A model generated the notes under the pieces. It had not been told where the DNA came from. It did no database searches and saw nothing but the letters and a program-made list of their open reading frames with translations. Positions 55,551 to 64,000 of a stretch of 64,000 nt of DNA are shown one piece after another (the stretch's first letter is position 1; every line of letters begins with the position of its first letter). Origin of the DNA: Chloroflexota bacterium (GTDB lineage: Bacteria; Chloroflexota; UBA11872; UBA12225; JAJDUF01). A program made the position numbers and the translations under genes. The DNA lies in contig DAOUJP010000025.1 in the NCBI GenBank assembly GCA_034422515.1, positions 221,692-285,691 of the forward strand, in the 5' to 3' direction.

Positions 55551-57005
55551 TCACGCCCGTTCATCGAACGTTGTCCAGGCGAGGTCAAGCTCCCGTTGTA
55601 CGCGGCTCTGCGCGTCTCGCAGGGCGCGTAGCTCCGTCGCCTCGCCGATCACTGCCCGCCGAAAGGCCGTGCGTAGACTGCCCGCGACAATCCGCGGCAC
55701 CGGATTCCGCTCCGGCGAGCGTGCATACCGCGCCTGCTCCAGGGCATGGAGGTTGAACTCGTCGAGCGTCGCGTGGCCGGAAGGCCGCTCGGCCAGGCGG
55801 ATGCGATCAAGCGGCAGTTGCCCACTGTACGTCGGTACCCACTGCCCGCCGTGACGCGCGGCCTCGGCCGCCGCCGCCCGATCACGAGGGCCGGCCGTCG
55901 GGTGCGCTACCAGGAATTGCACCACCTCCCAAGCGGCCTCGACGTGCTGACCCGGCACCAGCGCGAGCGCCTGCACCGCCGCTTGAGTGATAGGCGTCTC
56001 GCCAGCGCGGCGCACCGGCAAGGGCACAAAGCGCAACGGCAGGTGCGGCGCATACCGCGAGATCTGGTCCAGGAAGCGATTGTCGGCATGGGCAGCGAAC
56101 AGCTGACCGGTGAGCAGCGGATGCGCGTCGTTAAACCCCCAGGACCGCTGCTGCTCCACCAGCTCCGCCGGGCCGCCCTGGTCCCGCACCCAGGAGGTCA
56201 GCCATTCGAGCGCGTCAAGGTTCGCCGGATGCGTCAGGCTGGCGACGCGCCCGTCGTCGCTCACAAGACGCCCGCCGTTCTGCCAGCACCAGACCAGCGG
56301 CTTGGAGAACCGCTCACTGGGATCGAAGCCCCAGCGGCCGCCGCCGGCCGGGCGCGCCAGGTTTCCGGCCAGTTCGCGGAAACGCTCCCACGTACTCTCC
56401 GGCTGCGTGAAGTCCAGCCCGGCTTGGCGGTAGTCCATGCCGGCTTCCTCCAAGAACCGGCGATTGAAGAAGAGCAGCGTGAGCGTCAACCCCTCCGGTA
56501 GCGCGTAGAGCCGGTCATCCAACCCGTAGCAAGGCTGCAAGGCCGGCGGCATAAAGGCTTTGAGATCGTAGCGGCTCGCTCGGACCAGACTATCGAGCGG
56601 CTGCACCACGTTGGCCAGCGCGAGCGGGGTGAGGTCATCGGCTGCCAACGCGAGCAGTGCCGGTGACTGTCCCGCCGCGATGGCCGCCGCAAGCTCGTGT
56701 GTAGCCCGGGCCTCCGCTCGCTCGCTCACTTCCAGCCGCAGCGATCCGTGGCTTTCGTTCCACGCGGCCGCCGCGCCCTGCTGGGCCGGCGTGTGGCGGG
56801 CAGTCCACCATTCCAGCCGCGGCGTCTCGCCTCCGGCCGGAGTCTGGGGCACCGGCGCCGGCGCGGTCACTGCACAGGCCGGCAACAGGCCAGCGAGGAA
56901 CAGCCCGCCGGCAATGGCGTAGGAACGGCGGCGCGTCAGCCGCCTACCTGGCGCTGCCGGAGGGCAAGTCAGGCACCGTAGCTTACGAGCAGACATGGGG
57001 AGCAT
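55551..57005 (-). CDS. ABC transporter substrate-binding lipoprotein (extracellular solute-binding protein family 1)
   Basis: Tat/lipobox-like TRRRSYAIAGGLFLAGLLPACA and the SBP_bac_1 fold. Orphan, with no adjacent permease genes. Start uncertain between 57005 and 56993. Confidence 0.8.
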   Translation of the reverse strand: MLPMSARKLRCLTCPPAAPGRRLTRRRSYAIAGGLFLAGLLPACAVTAPAPVPQTPAGGETPRLEWWTARHTPAQQGAAAAWNESHGSLRLEVSERAEARATHELAAAIAAGQSPALLALAADDLTPLALANVVQPLDSLVRASRYDLKAFMPPALQPCYGLDDRLYALPEGLTLTLLFFNRRFLEEAGMDYRQAGLDFTQPESTWERFRELAGNLARPAGGGRWGFDPSERFSKPLVWCWQNGGRLVSDDGRVASLTHPANLDALEWLTSWVRDQGGPAELVEQQRSWGFNDAHPLLTGQLFAAHADNRFLDQISRYAPHLPLRFVPLPVRRAGETPITQAAVQALALVPGQHVEAAWEVVQFLVAHPTAGPRDRAAAAEAARHGGQWVPTYSGQLPLDRIRLAERPSGHATLDEFNLHALEQARYARSPERNPVPRIVAGSLRTAFRRAVIGEATELRALRDAQSRVQRELDLAWTTFDERA

Positions 57006-57143
57006 AGTAGGAGCTTAGGACTTGGAGTAGGAGCGTAGCATACGTCCTGCACGCACCACATACGCACCCTCTTTAACAGTCGAATCGGTATGCTAACGCC
57101 ACAGTCACGGCCACGCAGCGCCAGCGGGCGGGGGACACCACGG

Positions 57144-57857
57144 ATGGGTGGCGAAGCACCAGCGCAAATCCTGGTAGCACACCTACGGCGTCAGGGTATC
57201 CGCGACGAGGCTGTGCTGCAGGCGCTGATCCGCGTGCCGCGGGAGTTGTTCATCGCCCAAGAGCTGCGCCATCTGGCCTACGCAGACGAAGCGTTGCCGC
57301 TGGCGGAAGGGCAGACGATCTCGCAGCCAATTGTCGTTGCGACGATGACGGAGGCACTCAGAGTCACGCCGGGGCAGCGCCTGCTCGAAATCGGCACCGG
57401 CAGCGGCTATCAGGCCGCGGTCCTGGCCGAGATGGGCGCCGAGGTCGTGACCGTCGAGCGACTGCCTCGCCTGGCCGATCAGGCGCGGGTGCTGCTGCGC
57501 CATCTCGGCTATCACAACGTCACCGCCCATACCGGCGATGGCACGCTGGGGTGGCCCGAGGCCGCGCCCTATGATCGGATCATCGTCACAGCAGCCGCAC
57601 CTGCGGTCCCACCGGCGCTGTTGGACCAGCTCCGCGAGGCGGGGCGGCTCGTCGCACCGGTCGGCCGGCGCCGCGGTCAGCGGCTACTCGTCGTGCGAAA
57701 GGACGCTGCCGGTCCGGTCGAGGCGGCGGCGCTCGGCCCGGTGCGTTTCGTGCCGCTCATCGGCGCGGCCGGCTGGTCCGAGGCACCGGCCCCGCAGCGC
57801 CGCCGGTCTGGGCCGGATAATGCTGCTGATGCTAAGGACTCCGCCGATTCCAAATGA
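57144..57857 (+). CDS. pcm: protein-L-isoaspartate O-methyltransferase
   Basis: GQTISQP, EIGTGSGYQAAVLA and RIIVTAAAP motifs. Confidence 0.85.
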   Translation: MGGEAPAQILVAHLRRQGIRDEAVLQALIRVPRELFIAQELRHLAYADEALPLAEGQTISQPIVVATMTEALRVTPGQRLLEIGTGSGYQAAVLAEMGAEVVTVERLPRLADQARVLLRHLGYHNVTAHTGDGTLGWPEAAPYDRIIVTAAAPAVPPALLDQLREAGRLVAPVGRRRGQRLLVVRKDAAGPVEAAALGPVRFVPLIGAAGWSEAPAPQRRRSGPDNAADAKDSADSK

Positions 57858-57875
57858 GCGGCCGCCGGCGTGACG

Positions 57876-58676
57876 CTAGTGGCGGAGCGCCTGCAGTAGC
57901 TCTTCGGCCTGCTCGGCGCTGATCTTCCCTTCCTGCAACATGGTCAAGACGGCCCGCCGCTCCTCGGCAACGGTCGCAGCCGCATCAGCGGCGCCCTCCA
58001 CAGCGTCCGCCGGCCCGGAGTCGGCTCTGGCCTCTCCCGCAGCACGCGGGCGGCGCTCCCCGGCCCGTTGCTTTGCTTGCTGCATCCGCTCCTCGGTGCG
58101 CTGGGCAAACCGCTCGGCACGCTCCTCGGCGGCACGAGCAAACCGCTCGGCGCCCTCCTCTGCCCGGCGGATGAAGGCCTCCACGTTTATGTTGGCACTC
58201 CCGCGCCGCCCGCGGCGGCGTGGACGGTCATCGGATTGGTCGCCGAAGTCGCCGCGCCCCCACGCGCCAAACGTGCGTCCGAACTGCTCGCCGAGATCGC
58301 GGCCTAGCCGCCCGAAGTCGGCGCCGATGCGCCGGCCGACATCCGAGAACTCACGCGCAAACACGGTGGCCGTCTCCACCACCTGATCGTCGCCGGCCGA
58401 CCGAACAGTGAACTCACCGTCCATGTTGTGGACGCTGACTTTGCGCGGGCCGGCGACCACGGCCAGTTGTGCGGCCCGCGGCACGTCAATGCGGAGCGGT
58501 CCCGACGCCTCCACGATAAAGCGGTGGCCCTCCTCGCGGACGTGGTATTCGGTTTGCGGGTCTTGGGCCTCCACGCGCAGCGTCGGGGCATCGTGGCCTA
58601 GCACCTCGATGTCGCCGCGGCACGCAAAGACGTTCAACTCCAGCGTGCCCTCTGCGGGTACCTCTTGCTCGAACAT
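57876..58676 (-). CDS. DUF4097-like beta-strand protein with C-terminal SHOCT-like helix
   Basis: Repetitive beta-strand N-half (L.V....G.I.V). C-terminal LTMLQEGKISAEQAEELLQAL short helical motif. Confidence 0.6.
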   Translation of the reverse strand: MFEQEVPAEGTLELNVFACRGDIEVLGHDAPTLRVEAQDPQTEYHVREEGHRFIVEASGPLRIDVPRAAQLAVVAGPRKVSVHNMDGEFTVRSAGDDQVVETATVFAREFSDVGRRIGADFGRLGRDLGEQFGRTFGAWGRGDFGDQSDDRPRRRGRRGSANINVEAFIRRAEEGAERFARAAEERAERFAQRTEERMQQAKQRAGERRPRAAGEARADSGPADAVEGAADAAATVAEERRAVLTMLQEGKISAEQAEELLQALRH

Positions 58677-58738
58677 GCTGCTCTCCTTCCCTCTTCCTCA
58701 TTGGTCACAACGGCCGCGCATCCTGCGACACGCGCCCG

Positions 58739-59137
58739 TCACTGCTCGCGGAGCTTTTGCACCGCCTCGTCTACGCCGATTGCGCCGGCCGCCAAGTCAT
58801 CGAGCACGGCACGTCGCGCCGCCGGCGAGACCGGGCGTCCGGCAGCCTGTTCGGCCGCGATATGCTCATCCACCGCAGCCAGCCCCAGGCTGTTGATAAC
58901 GTCGTCGAGCCGGGAGCGTACCGTCGGATAGGACACGCCCAATTCCTGCTCCATGTCGCGGATGACGCCCCGACACCGCACGAACAGCTCGACAAAGCGC
59001 AGCTGCTCCGGTGCGAGGCGCAGGAGGCGCGGCAGCGTGAACCGTCCTTCGAGCGCGGTACCGCAGTGCGTACACTCCTCACGGACCACAACCAGTTCAC
59101 CGGTGCAGACCGGACACTGTCCGAGAACCTCGCTCAT
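58739..59137 (-). CDS. DUF2089 family protein (zinc ribbon + HTH)
   Basis: AAGGAG RBS then ATG 59137. CPVCTGEL...CTHCG zinc ribbon followed by an HTH-like FVRCRGVIRDMEQELGVSYPTVRSRL. Usual genomic partner of DUF4097. Confidence 0.7.
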   Translation of the reverse strand: MSEVLGQCPVCTGELVVVREECTHCGTALEGRFTLPRLLRLAPEQLRFVELFVRCRGVIRDMEQELGVSYPTVRSRLDDVINSLGLAAVDEHIAAEQAAGRPVSPAARRAVLDDLAAGAIGVDEAVQKLREQ

Positions 59138-59159
59138 CGGCGGCTCCTTCAATATCCTC

Positions 59160-59260
59160 CACTCAACTGTGAGAAATCTTGATGATCTTATCAAGATCAT
59201 AGACTCTCGACGATCATTTGTCAAGCGAGCGGTATGATCGGACGTGCGTGGACCGTCAGG
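59160..59260. promoter_or_regulatory. AT-rich divergent control region with near-palindrome TGATCTTATCAAGATCA and candidate promoters (TTGATG-N17-TAGACT)
   Basis: Strong local AT bias in a 68% GC genome. An imperfect 17-bp palindrome sits between divergent DUF2089 (-) and dop (+). Confidence 0.35.
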
Positions 59261-59417
59261 CGCGGTGTCGGCGACGAGTACCATGGCCCGGCGAAGACTT
59301 GACCGGGCCGGTGCCGGCCGGTGCTAGAATGGATGCAGAGCCAACAGCGGGTCGGTTGCTCCGGCCGGAGGGGACGCTCCGGGGCAGCAACGACCGGGAA
59401 AGGGACACCACTCCTAG

Positions 59418-60959
59418 ATGAACCGTCCTGTCGGGATCGAGACCGAGTACGGGATCAACTGCGAGGGCTTTGCCGGGCCGGTGGACTTTGCCTACGAGGC
59501 CTCGGCCATCGTCCGCGGCGCGCCGCTCGACGGAGTGCTGCGCGGCTGGGACTACCGGCACGAGGATCCGCGGCTGGACCTGCGTGGGATGCGGGTCGAG
59601 CAGCTCGCCCACGATCCTCACGACCTGCACAGCACGACCGAGCTGAGTAAGCGGCTCAACCGCGATGAGCTATTGGCGAATACCGTCCTGACCAACGGGG
59701 CGCGGTTCTACAACGACCACAATCACCCCGAATACTGCACGGACGCCTGCGCCACGCTCGCCGATCTCGTCGCTCAGGATCGGGCCGGCGAGCACGTGCT
59801 CTACCAAGCCGAGCAGGCCCGCAACGAGGTCCTGCGCCGCGAGCGCGGCGGGGGCGTCCGCGTGCGGCTGGTCAAGAACAACACCGACTATCACGGCCGG
59901 TCGTTTGGCACGCACGAGAACTACCTTGTTGCTCGCGCCTGGCCCTTCCCGACGCTGGTGCGGCTGATGGTGCCCTTCCTGGTGACCCGCCAGGTGTACG
60001 CCGGCGCCGGCAAAGTCGGTATCGAAGCGCGCGACGGCCAGGCCGCGATGCCGGCCGCAGGCTTTCAACTGAGTCAGCGGGCCGATTTCTTCGAGCAAAT
60101 CGTCGGCATCAACACAACGGCCCAGCGTCCCATCCTGAACACCCGCGACGAGCCGCACGCGGATCGCAAGAAATATCGCCGGCTCCACGTCATCATCGGC
60201 GATGCCAACCGCTCCGAGTACGCCACCGCGCTCAAAGTCGGCACTACCGCTCTGGCGCTGGACTTGGGGGAGCTAGGCTGGGTACCGTCGGTCGAACTGG
60301 TCGAGCCGGTCCAGGCGCTACAGACCATCGCCCACGACCTCACCCTCAGCGCACCGCTGCCCACCCGCGCCGCCACGCCGACCACGGCACTGGCCGTGCA
60401 GCGTGAGTTTCACACGGCGGCCCGCCGCGAGTTCGCCGGCCGCGACCCGGAAACGGACTGGGTGCTCCGCGAGTGGGCCACCGTGCTGGACCTGCTCGCA
60501 TCCAATCCGCAGCAGCTACGCGACCGGCTCGATTGGGTAGCGAAATGGGTGCTGTTCGAGGGTATCCGCCAAGCCCAAGGCCAAGACTGGAGCAGCCCGG
60601 CCTTGCGCCGCCTCGACCTCGCCTACCATCTGGTCAACCCGGAGTGCAGTCTCTTTGCTACCCTGAGCAGGCGGGGCGCGATGCGCCGGTACGTTGACGA
60701 GGAGGCCATCGCGCGCGCGCGCACCGAGCCACCCGCGGGCACACGGGCCGCCATTCGCGCGCTTTGTCTGCGGAAGTTCGGCGACCGGATTCGCCGGCTC
60801 GAATGGGACTCCGTAACGTTCGGTGTCAATGGACGCGAGGTGGTCCTACACTTGGATGAAGTGTGGGGAGCCGGAACGACCCGCATCGAGGAGTTGACGC
60901 GCGGAGCAGACAGTCTCGACGCCCTGTTGACCACCCTGAAGTCGGGAGGAACCCAATGA
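59418..60959 (+). CDS. dop: Pup deamidase/depupylase Dop
   Basis: Pup-ligase/deamidase family (GIETEYGI...NGARFYNDHNHPEY...KNNTD..G.S.G.HENY...RRLHVIIGDAN). Carries the long Dop-specific insertion between the first strand and the NGAR motif, about 80 residues against about 45 in the downstream paralog. Confidence 0.75.
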   Translation: MNRPVGIETEYGINCEGFAGPVDFAYEASAIVRGAPLDGVLRGWDYRHEDPRLDLRGMRVEQLAHDPHDLHSTTELSKRLNRDELLANTVLTNGARFYNDHNHPEYCTDACATLADLVAQDRAGEHVLYQAEQARNEVLRRERGGGVRVRLVKNNTDYHGRSFGTHENYLVARAWPFPTLVRLMVPFLVTRQVYAGAGKVGIEARDGQAAMPAAGFQLSQRADFFEQIVGINTTAQRPILNTRDEPHADRKKYRRLHVIIGDANRSEYATALKVGTTALALDLGELGWVPSVELVEPVQALQTIAHDLTLSAPLPTRAATPTTALAVQREFHTAARREFAGRDPETDWVLREWATVLDLLASNPQQLRDRLDWVAKWVLFEGIRQAQGQDWSSPALRRLDLAYHLVNPECSLFATLSRRGAMRRYVDEEAIARARTEPPAGTRAAIRALCLRKFGDRIRRLEWDSVTFGVNGREVVLHLDEVWGAGTTRIEELTRGADSLDALLTTLKSGGTQ

Positions 60960-61183
60960 CACCTGAACAGACCACAGCCATTTTCGACCGCATCCTGCCG
61001 CTACCGGCGGCGGAGATTGACGCGCCCGTCAAGCCGGTGGAGACGCCAACGGAAACGCCGACCCGCATTGACAATCCCGATGGCGACGGGGGCAGCGAGG
61101 ACGGCGAGACGGACCTGGATGAGGAGATCAAGCGGATCGTGCGCGAGATTCCCGATCCGACCCCGCAGCCGGGCGGCGAATAA
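60956..61183 (+). CDS. pup: prokaryotic ubiquitin-like protein Pup (atypical, ends -PQPGGE)
   Basis: 75-aa acidic, low-complexity ORF. ATGA-coupled to dop, lies between dop and pafA, and terminates in GGE immediately before the stop. Confidence 0.65.
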   Translation: MTPEQTTAIFDRILPLPAAEIDAPVKPVETPTETPTRIDNPDGDGGSEDGETDLDEEIKRIVREIPDPTPQPGGE

Positions 61184-61288
61184 CACGCTCGGCGCGGTCC
61201 TACGGCGCCAAATAGTTTGACATAAGTGCGGCGAACACCAGGTCAAGCCGAGACGCAGTGGCAAGAGAGCCAGCGCAAGGCAAAGTAG

Positions 61289-62815
61289 ATGGAAAACGCG
61301 CTTTTCGGCACGGAGATCGAGTATGCGTGCGCCGGGCGCTGGACCCCGGCCGAAGCCGCCATCCGCACCAAGGACGGCGTGTTCGGCAATCGCCTGTACG
61401 GCGTGATCGAGCCGGCGCCGCGGGAATGGGGCGAAATCCCGGGGAACGGCGGCTTTCTCTACAACGGCGGCCGCCTGTACCTGGACTCCGGGCACCTCGA
61501 ATACGCCTCGCCGGAATGCCGGACCCTCGATGACCTAGTCGCTGCCGAGGTGGCCGGTGACCGTATCCTCAGCGGCGCAGTAACCCTACTGGGACAGCAA
61601 GGCTCTGTCTTTTTCATCAAGAACAATACGGACCATTTCGGCCACACGTTCGGCTATCACGAGAACTACTGCCTCCGGGTCAGCCCGCGAAGCCGGGACA
61701 TGGTCGAGGGCTTGCTGCCTTTCCTGGTCACCCGGCAGATTTTCGCCGGCGCCGGTATGGTCGTGCCCACCCGCCGCACCAGCCGCGGCCGCGGCGGTGA
61801 TGAGGACGCGAATACGCCCTACCATCTCTCCCAACGCGCCGCGTTTGTCTCCGTAGACGTGAGCCATCGCGTGCGGTTCGGCGGACGACCAATTCTCAAT
61901 CTCCGCGATGAGCCGCTGGCCGGCGGCCTCTACCGCCGACTGCACATCATCATCGGCGATGCCAACCGCTCGGAGTACACGACGGCCCTCAAGATCGGGA
62001 CGACCGCCCTCGTCGCGCAATTGCTCGAATTGGGCTGGGACCCCGAGTTGGAGTTGGAAAATCCGGTACAGGCGCTCAAGGACATCTCGCGCAACACGCG
62101 CGGGGGGTGGACGGCCCGCTTCATGGACCGCGGCACGATGCCGGCCGTGGACGTGCAGCGCCTCTACCTGCACGAGGCTACCCGCCAATTCCTCGGCCGC
62201 GACCCGGATACCGATTGGGTGCTCCGCAACTGGGCACAGGTGATTAATGGCCTGGAGCTTGATCCTCTCCGGCTCGACGGCCATCTCGATTGGGTCACCA
62301 AGTGGCACCAGCTCAACGCCTTTGCGGAGCAGTCGCCGCAGGGTTGGGAAGACCCGCAGCTTATCAAGGTTGATCTCGCCTACCATCACATCGAGCCAAA
62401 GACCAGCCTCTACGAGTCGCTCCGCAAGCGCGACCTGGTGAGCACGCGGGTAGACGAGCCGCGCATCGAACGAGCGGTCACGGAGCCGCCGTCCGACACG
62501 CGGGCCGTGGGCCGGAGCCGGGTCATCCGGGCGCTCGCCGACGCCCGCGCCGACGCCACCATCCCCTGGGACCTGCTCTCTCGCCGGCTCGGGGAGCGCG
62601 CGCTGTGGGGTGACGAGCCGTTCTTCATCTACAGCTACGTGGAAGACTGGCAGGACGTTCGGGACACCGGCACGTGGCACCTCATCCCGTATCTGGTGGA
62701 TTGGGGCGCCGTCACCGTGCATAACCACGTGCTGGAGCTACCCGACCCCTTCGACACGCACCTGGAGCGCGCGGAGCAGTTCGCCCGGACCATCCCCGGG
62801 CTGCTGCGTAAGTAG
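61289..62815 (+). CDS. pafA: Pup--protein ligase PafA
   Basis: Same family as dop (GTEIEYA...NGGRLYLDSGHLEY...KNNTDHFGHTFGYHENY...RRLHIIIGDAN) but lacks the Dop loop. The C-terminal WDLL..RLGERAL region aligns with PafA. Confidence 0.75.
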   Translation: MENALFGTEIEYACAGRWTPAEAAIRTKDGVFGNRLYGVIEPAPREWGEIPGNGGFLYNGGRLYLDSGHLEYASPECRTLDDLVAAEVAGDRILSGAVTLLGQQGSVFFIKNNTDHFGHTFGYHENYCLRVSPRSRDMVEGLLPFLVTRQIFAGAGMVVPTRRTSRGRGGDEDANTPYHLSQRAAFVSVDVSHRVRFGGRPILNLRDEPLAGGLYRRLHIIIGDANRSEYTTALKIGTTALVAQLLELGWDPELELENPVQALKDISRNTRGGWTARFMDRGTMPAVDVQRLYLHEATRQFLGRDPDTDWVLRNWAQVINGLELDPLRLDGHLDWVTKWHQLNAFAEQSPQGWEDPQLIKVDLAYHHIEPKTSLYESLRKRDLVSTRVDEPRIERAVTEPPSDTRAVGRSRVIRALADARADATIPWDLLSRRLGERALWGDEPFFIYSYVEDWQDVRDTGTWHLIPYLVDWGAVTVHNHVLELPDPFDTHLERAEQFARTIPGLLRK

Positions 62816-62925
62816 TTGCACATACCCACCCCCAACCCCTCCCTGATGAAAGTTACCAACTTAATCGGGTAGTGAGGCATCCCCTTCCCCCAGCCCTATC
62901 CCCGCTCCGCAGGGGGCCGGGAGCG

Positions 62926-63072
62926 GGTTCCCTCCCCTGGGGCTTGCTCCGGGGGATGGTGAGGGGGGCCAGACCACTACCTAATCAAGTTCGCAACCTT
63001 CATAAGGGAGGAGGCTCCAGGTTGTCGCGCGGACTCCCCTTCCCTGGAGGGAAGGGGCCGGGGGTTAGGTCC
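62926..63072 (+). repeat. module D copy 3 (62926-63008) followed by module C (63026-63072)
   Basis: gggttccctcccctggggcttgctccgggggatggtgaggggggccagaccactacctaatcaagttcgcaaccttcat ... gcgcggactccccttccctggagggaaggggccgggggttaggtcc. Confidence 0.8.
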
Positions 63073-63080
63073 GCCCCCCG

Positions 63081-64000
63081 CTACAGCGCCCGCTCGAACA
63101 ACTCTTCAATGTCGGATTGCTCGGTCCGTCGCGGGTTGATGGGGATGTTGCCGCTCTTCATGGCATCCACGGCCATCGCAGCGATGGCCTCCCGCTGCAC
63201 ACCGACATCGCTTAGTGACGAGGGGATGCCGATGTCGGCCTCTAGCTGCTGCACACCGCTCACGGCACGGCGAGCGGCCGCCATTTCCCCCTGCCCGGCC
63301 AGCGGCTCACCCAACGCCTGCCCGACTTCGATCAGCTTCCGCGGCACCGCCAGCGCGTTGAACTCCATGACGTGCGGCAGGATGATCGCATTCGCAACGC
63401 CGTGCGGGACGTGGAAGAAGGCACCGACCGGATGCGACATCGCGTGGACGTTGCCGAGCCGCGTGGCGTTGAACGCCATCCCGGCGAGACACGACGCCAC
63501 GAGCATGTTCGCCATCGCGCCATGGTTCCGGCTGTTGGCAACCGCCGGCCGGAGGTTTGCGCCGATGAGGCGGATAGCATGGAGCGCGAGCGCCTCCGTG
63601 AGCGGTGTCGCGAGCAGGGAGAGGTAGCTCTCGATAGCGTGTGTCAGGGCGTCCATCCCCGTCGCCGCCGTGATCGGCGCCGGCAGACCGAGCACAAGCT
63701 GCGGGTCCAGAAAGGCCGCCAGCGGCGGCACCAGCCTTCCCGCGATGGTGAACTTGAACTGCGCCTCGGGATCGGTAACGACCAGAAATTGGGTCACTTC
63801 GCTGGCCGTGCCGACCGTGGTAGGCGCACAGAACAGCGGTACCGGCGGCTGCTCGAACTGGTCCAACCCTTCATAGTCCCGCAGACTGCCCGGATTGCGC
63901 GACCAAATGGCAATCGCCTTGGCCGTGTCCATCGAGCTACCGCCACCGACGCCGATCAAGCTGTCGCAGCCCTGCTCCTCAAACTGCCGCAGTCCGGCCG
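63081..64000 (-). CDS. iron-containing alcohol dehydrogenase (C-terminal part; N-terminus beyond window end)
   Basis: GGGSSMDTAK glycine motif and Fe ligands (...HAMSH...H...) are present. The GGGS motif normally sits near residue 95, so the gene continues past position 64000. Confidence 0.85.
   Translation of the reverse strand, partial: AGLRQFEEQGCDSLIGVGGGSSMDTAKAIAIWSRNPGSLRDYEGLDQFEQPPVPLFCAPTTVGTASEVTQFLVVTDPEAQFKFTIAGRLVPPLAAFLDPQLVLGLPAPITAATGMDALTHAIESYLSLLATPLTEALALHAIRLIGANLRPAVANSRNHGAMANMLVASCLAGMAFNATRLGNVHAMSHPVGAFFHVPHGVANAIILPHVMEFNALAVPRKLIEVGQALGEPLAGQGEMAAARRAVSGVQQLEADIGIPSSLSDVGVQREAIAAMAVDAMKSGNIPINPRRTEQSDIEELFERAL

Noticed and set aside
59418-62815. Both Pup-ligase homologs being PafA duplicates, or both Dop
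   Set aside because: The first has an ~80-residue insertion between the N-terminal strand and the NGAR-Y-DH-HPEY motif, matching the Dop loop. The second has only ~45 residues there, like PafA. Flanking pup between them matches the canonical dop-pup order.
517-63072. Could the many short G/C-rich repeats be a CRISPR array?
   Set aside because: Copies are scattered one per intergenic region across 60 kb. They belong to several different modules of different lengths, lack regular spacing, and have no array of unique spacers. They are dispersed REP/MITE-like elements, not CRISPR.
1-64000. rRNA or tRNA genes
   Set aside because: No stretch shows the characteristic tRNA cloverleaf anchors (GTTC.A..C, conserved T-loop) or rRNA-like conserved blocks. 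All large non-CDS intervals are accounted for by the repeat modules.

Overview
This is a high-GC (~68%) bacterial chromosomal segment. The gene content, the many GTG starts, and the collagen-like or Pro/Thr-rich lipoprotein linkers suggest a Chloroflexota/Thermomicrobia-type genome; that placement is tentative. About 50 protein-coding genes on both strands are supportable. I saw no rRNA, tRNA or CRISPR.

Most genes are housekeeping metabolism: PduO-type cobalamin adenosyltransferase, 2-hydroxyacid dehydrogenase, glutamate dehydrogenase, chorismate synthase, NadC, SerA with a class-V aminotransferase, a fused E1 alpha/beta dehydrogenase, HflK/HflC, a GAF/PAS histidine kinase with an OmpR-type regulator, a 7Fe ferredoxin, Pcm, ABC transporter parts, two tandem PutP-like symporters, TerC, and a MoxR-DUF58-DUF4129-DUF2723 operon.

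Accessory content that stands out:
- A low-GC islet carries a membrane-anchored protein with three tandem bacterial-PH-like repeats fused to an Mrr-type PD-(D/E)xK nuclease domain. It sits next to a partly decayed HigB/HigA-like toxin-antitoxin pair and is bracketed by dispersed repeats. This is the best candidate for an undescribed defense or abortive-infection module.
- A pupylation locus, dop-pup-pafA, lies in this window without proteasome genes. It is divergent from a DUF2089/DUF4097 pair across an AT-rich palindromic control region.
- Almost every intergenic region carries mosaic hairpin repeats built from modules named here A, B, C, D, F and G. All 15 copies of module B that I found are in the same orientation. 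One D-type element is flanked by a perfect 26-bp direct repeat, which looks like an insertion footprint.

The six-frame track contains many spurious GC-driven ORFs. Start codons were re-picked using RBS and homology logic. Coordinates of repeat modules are accurate to about 2 nt.
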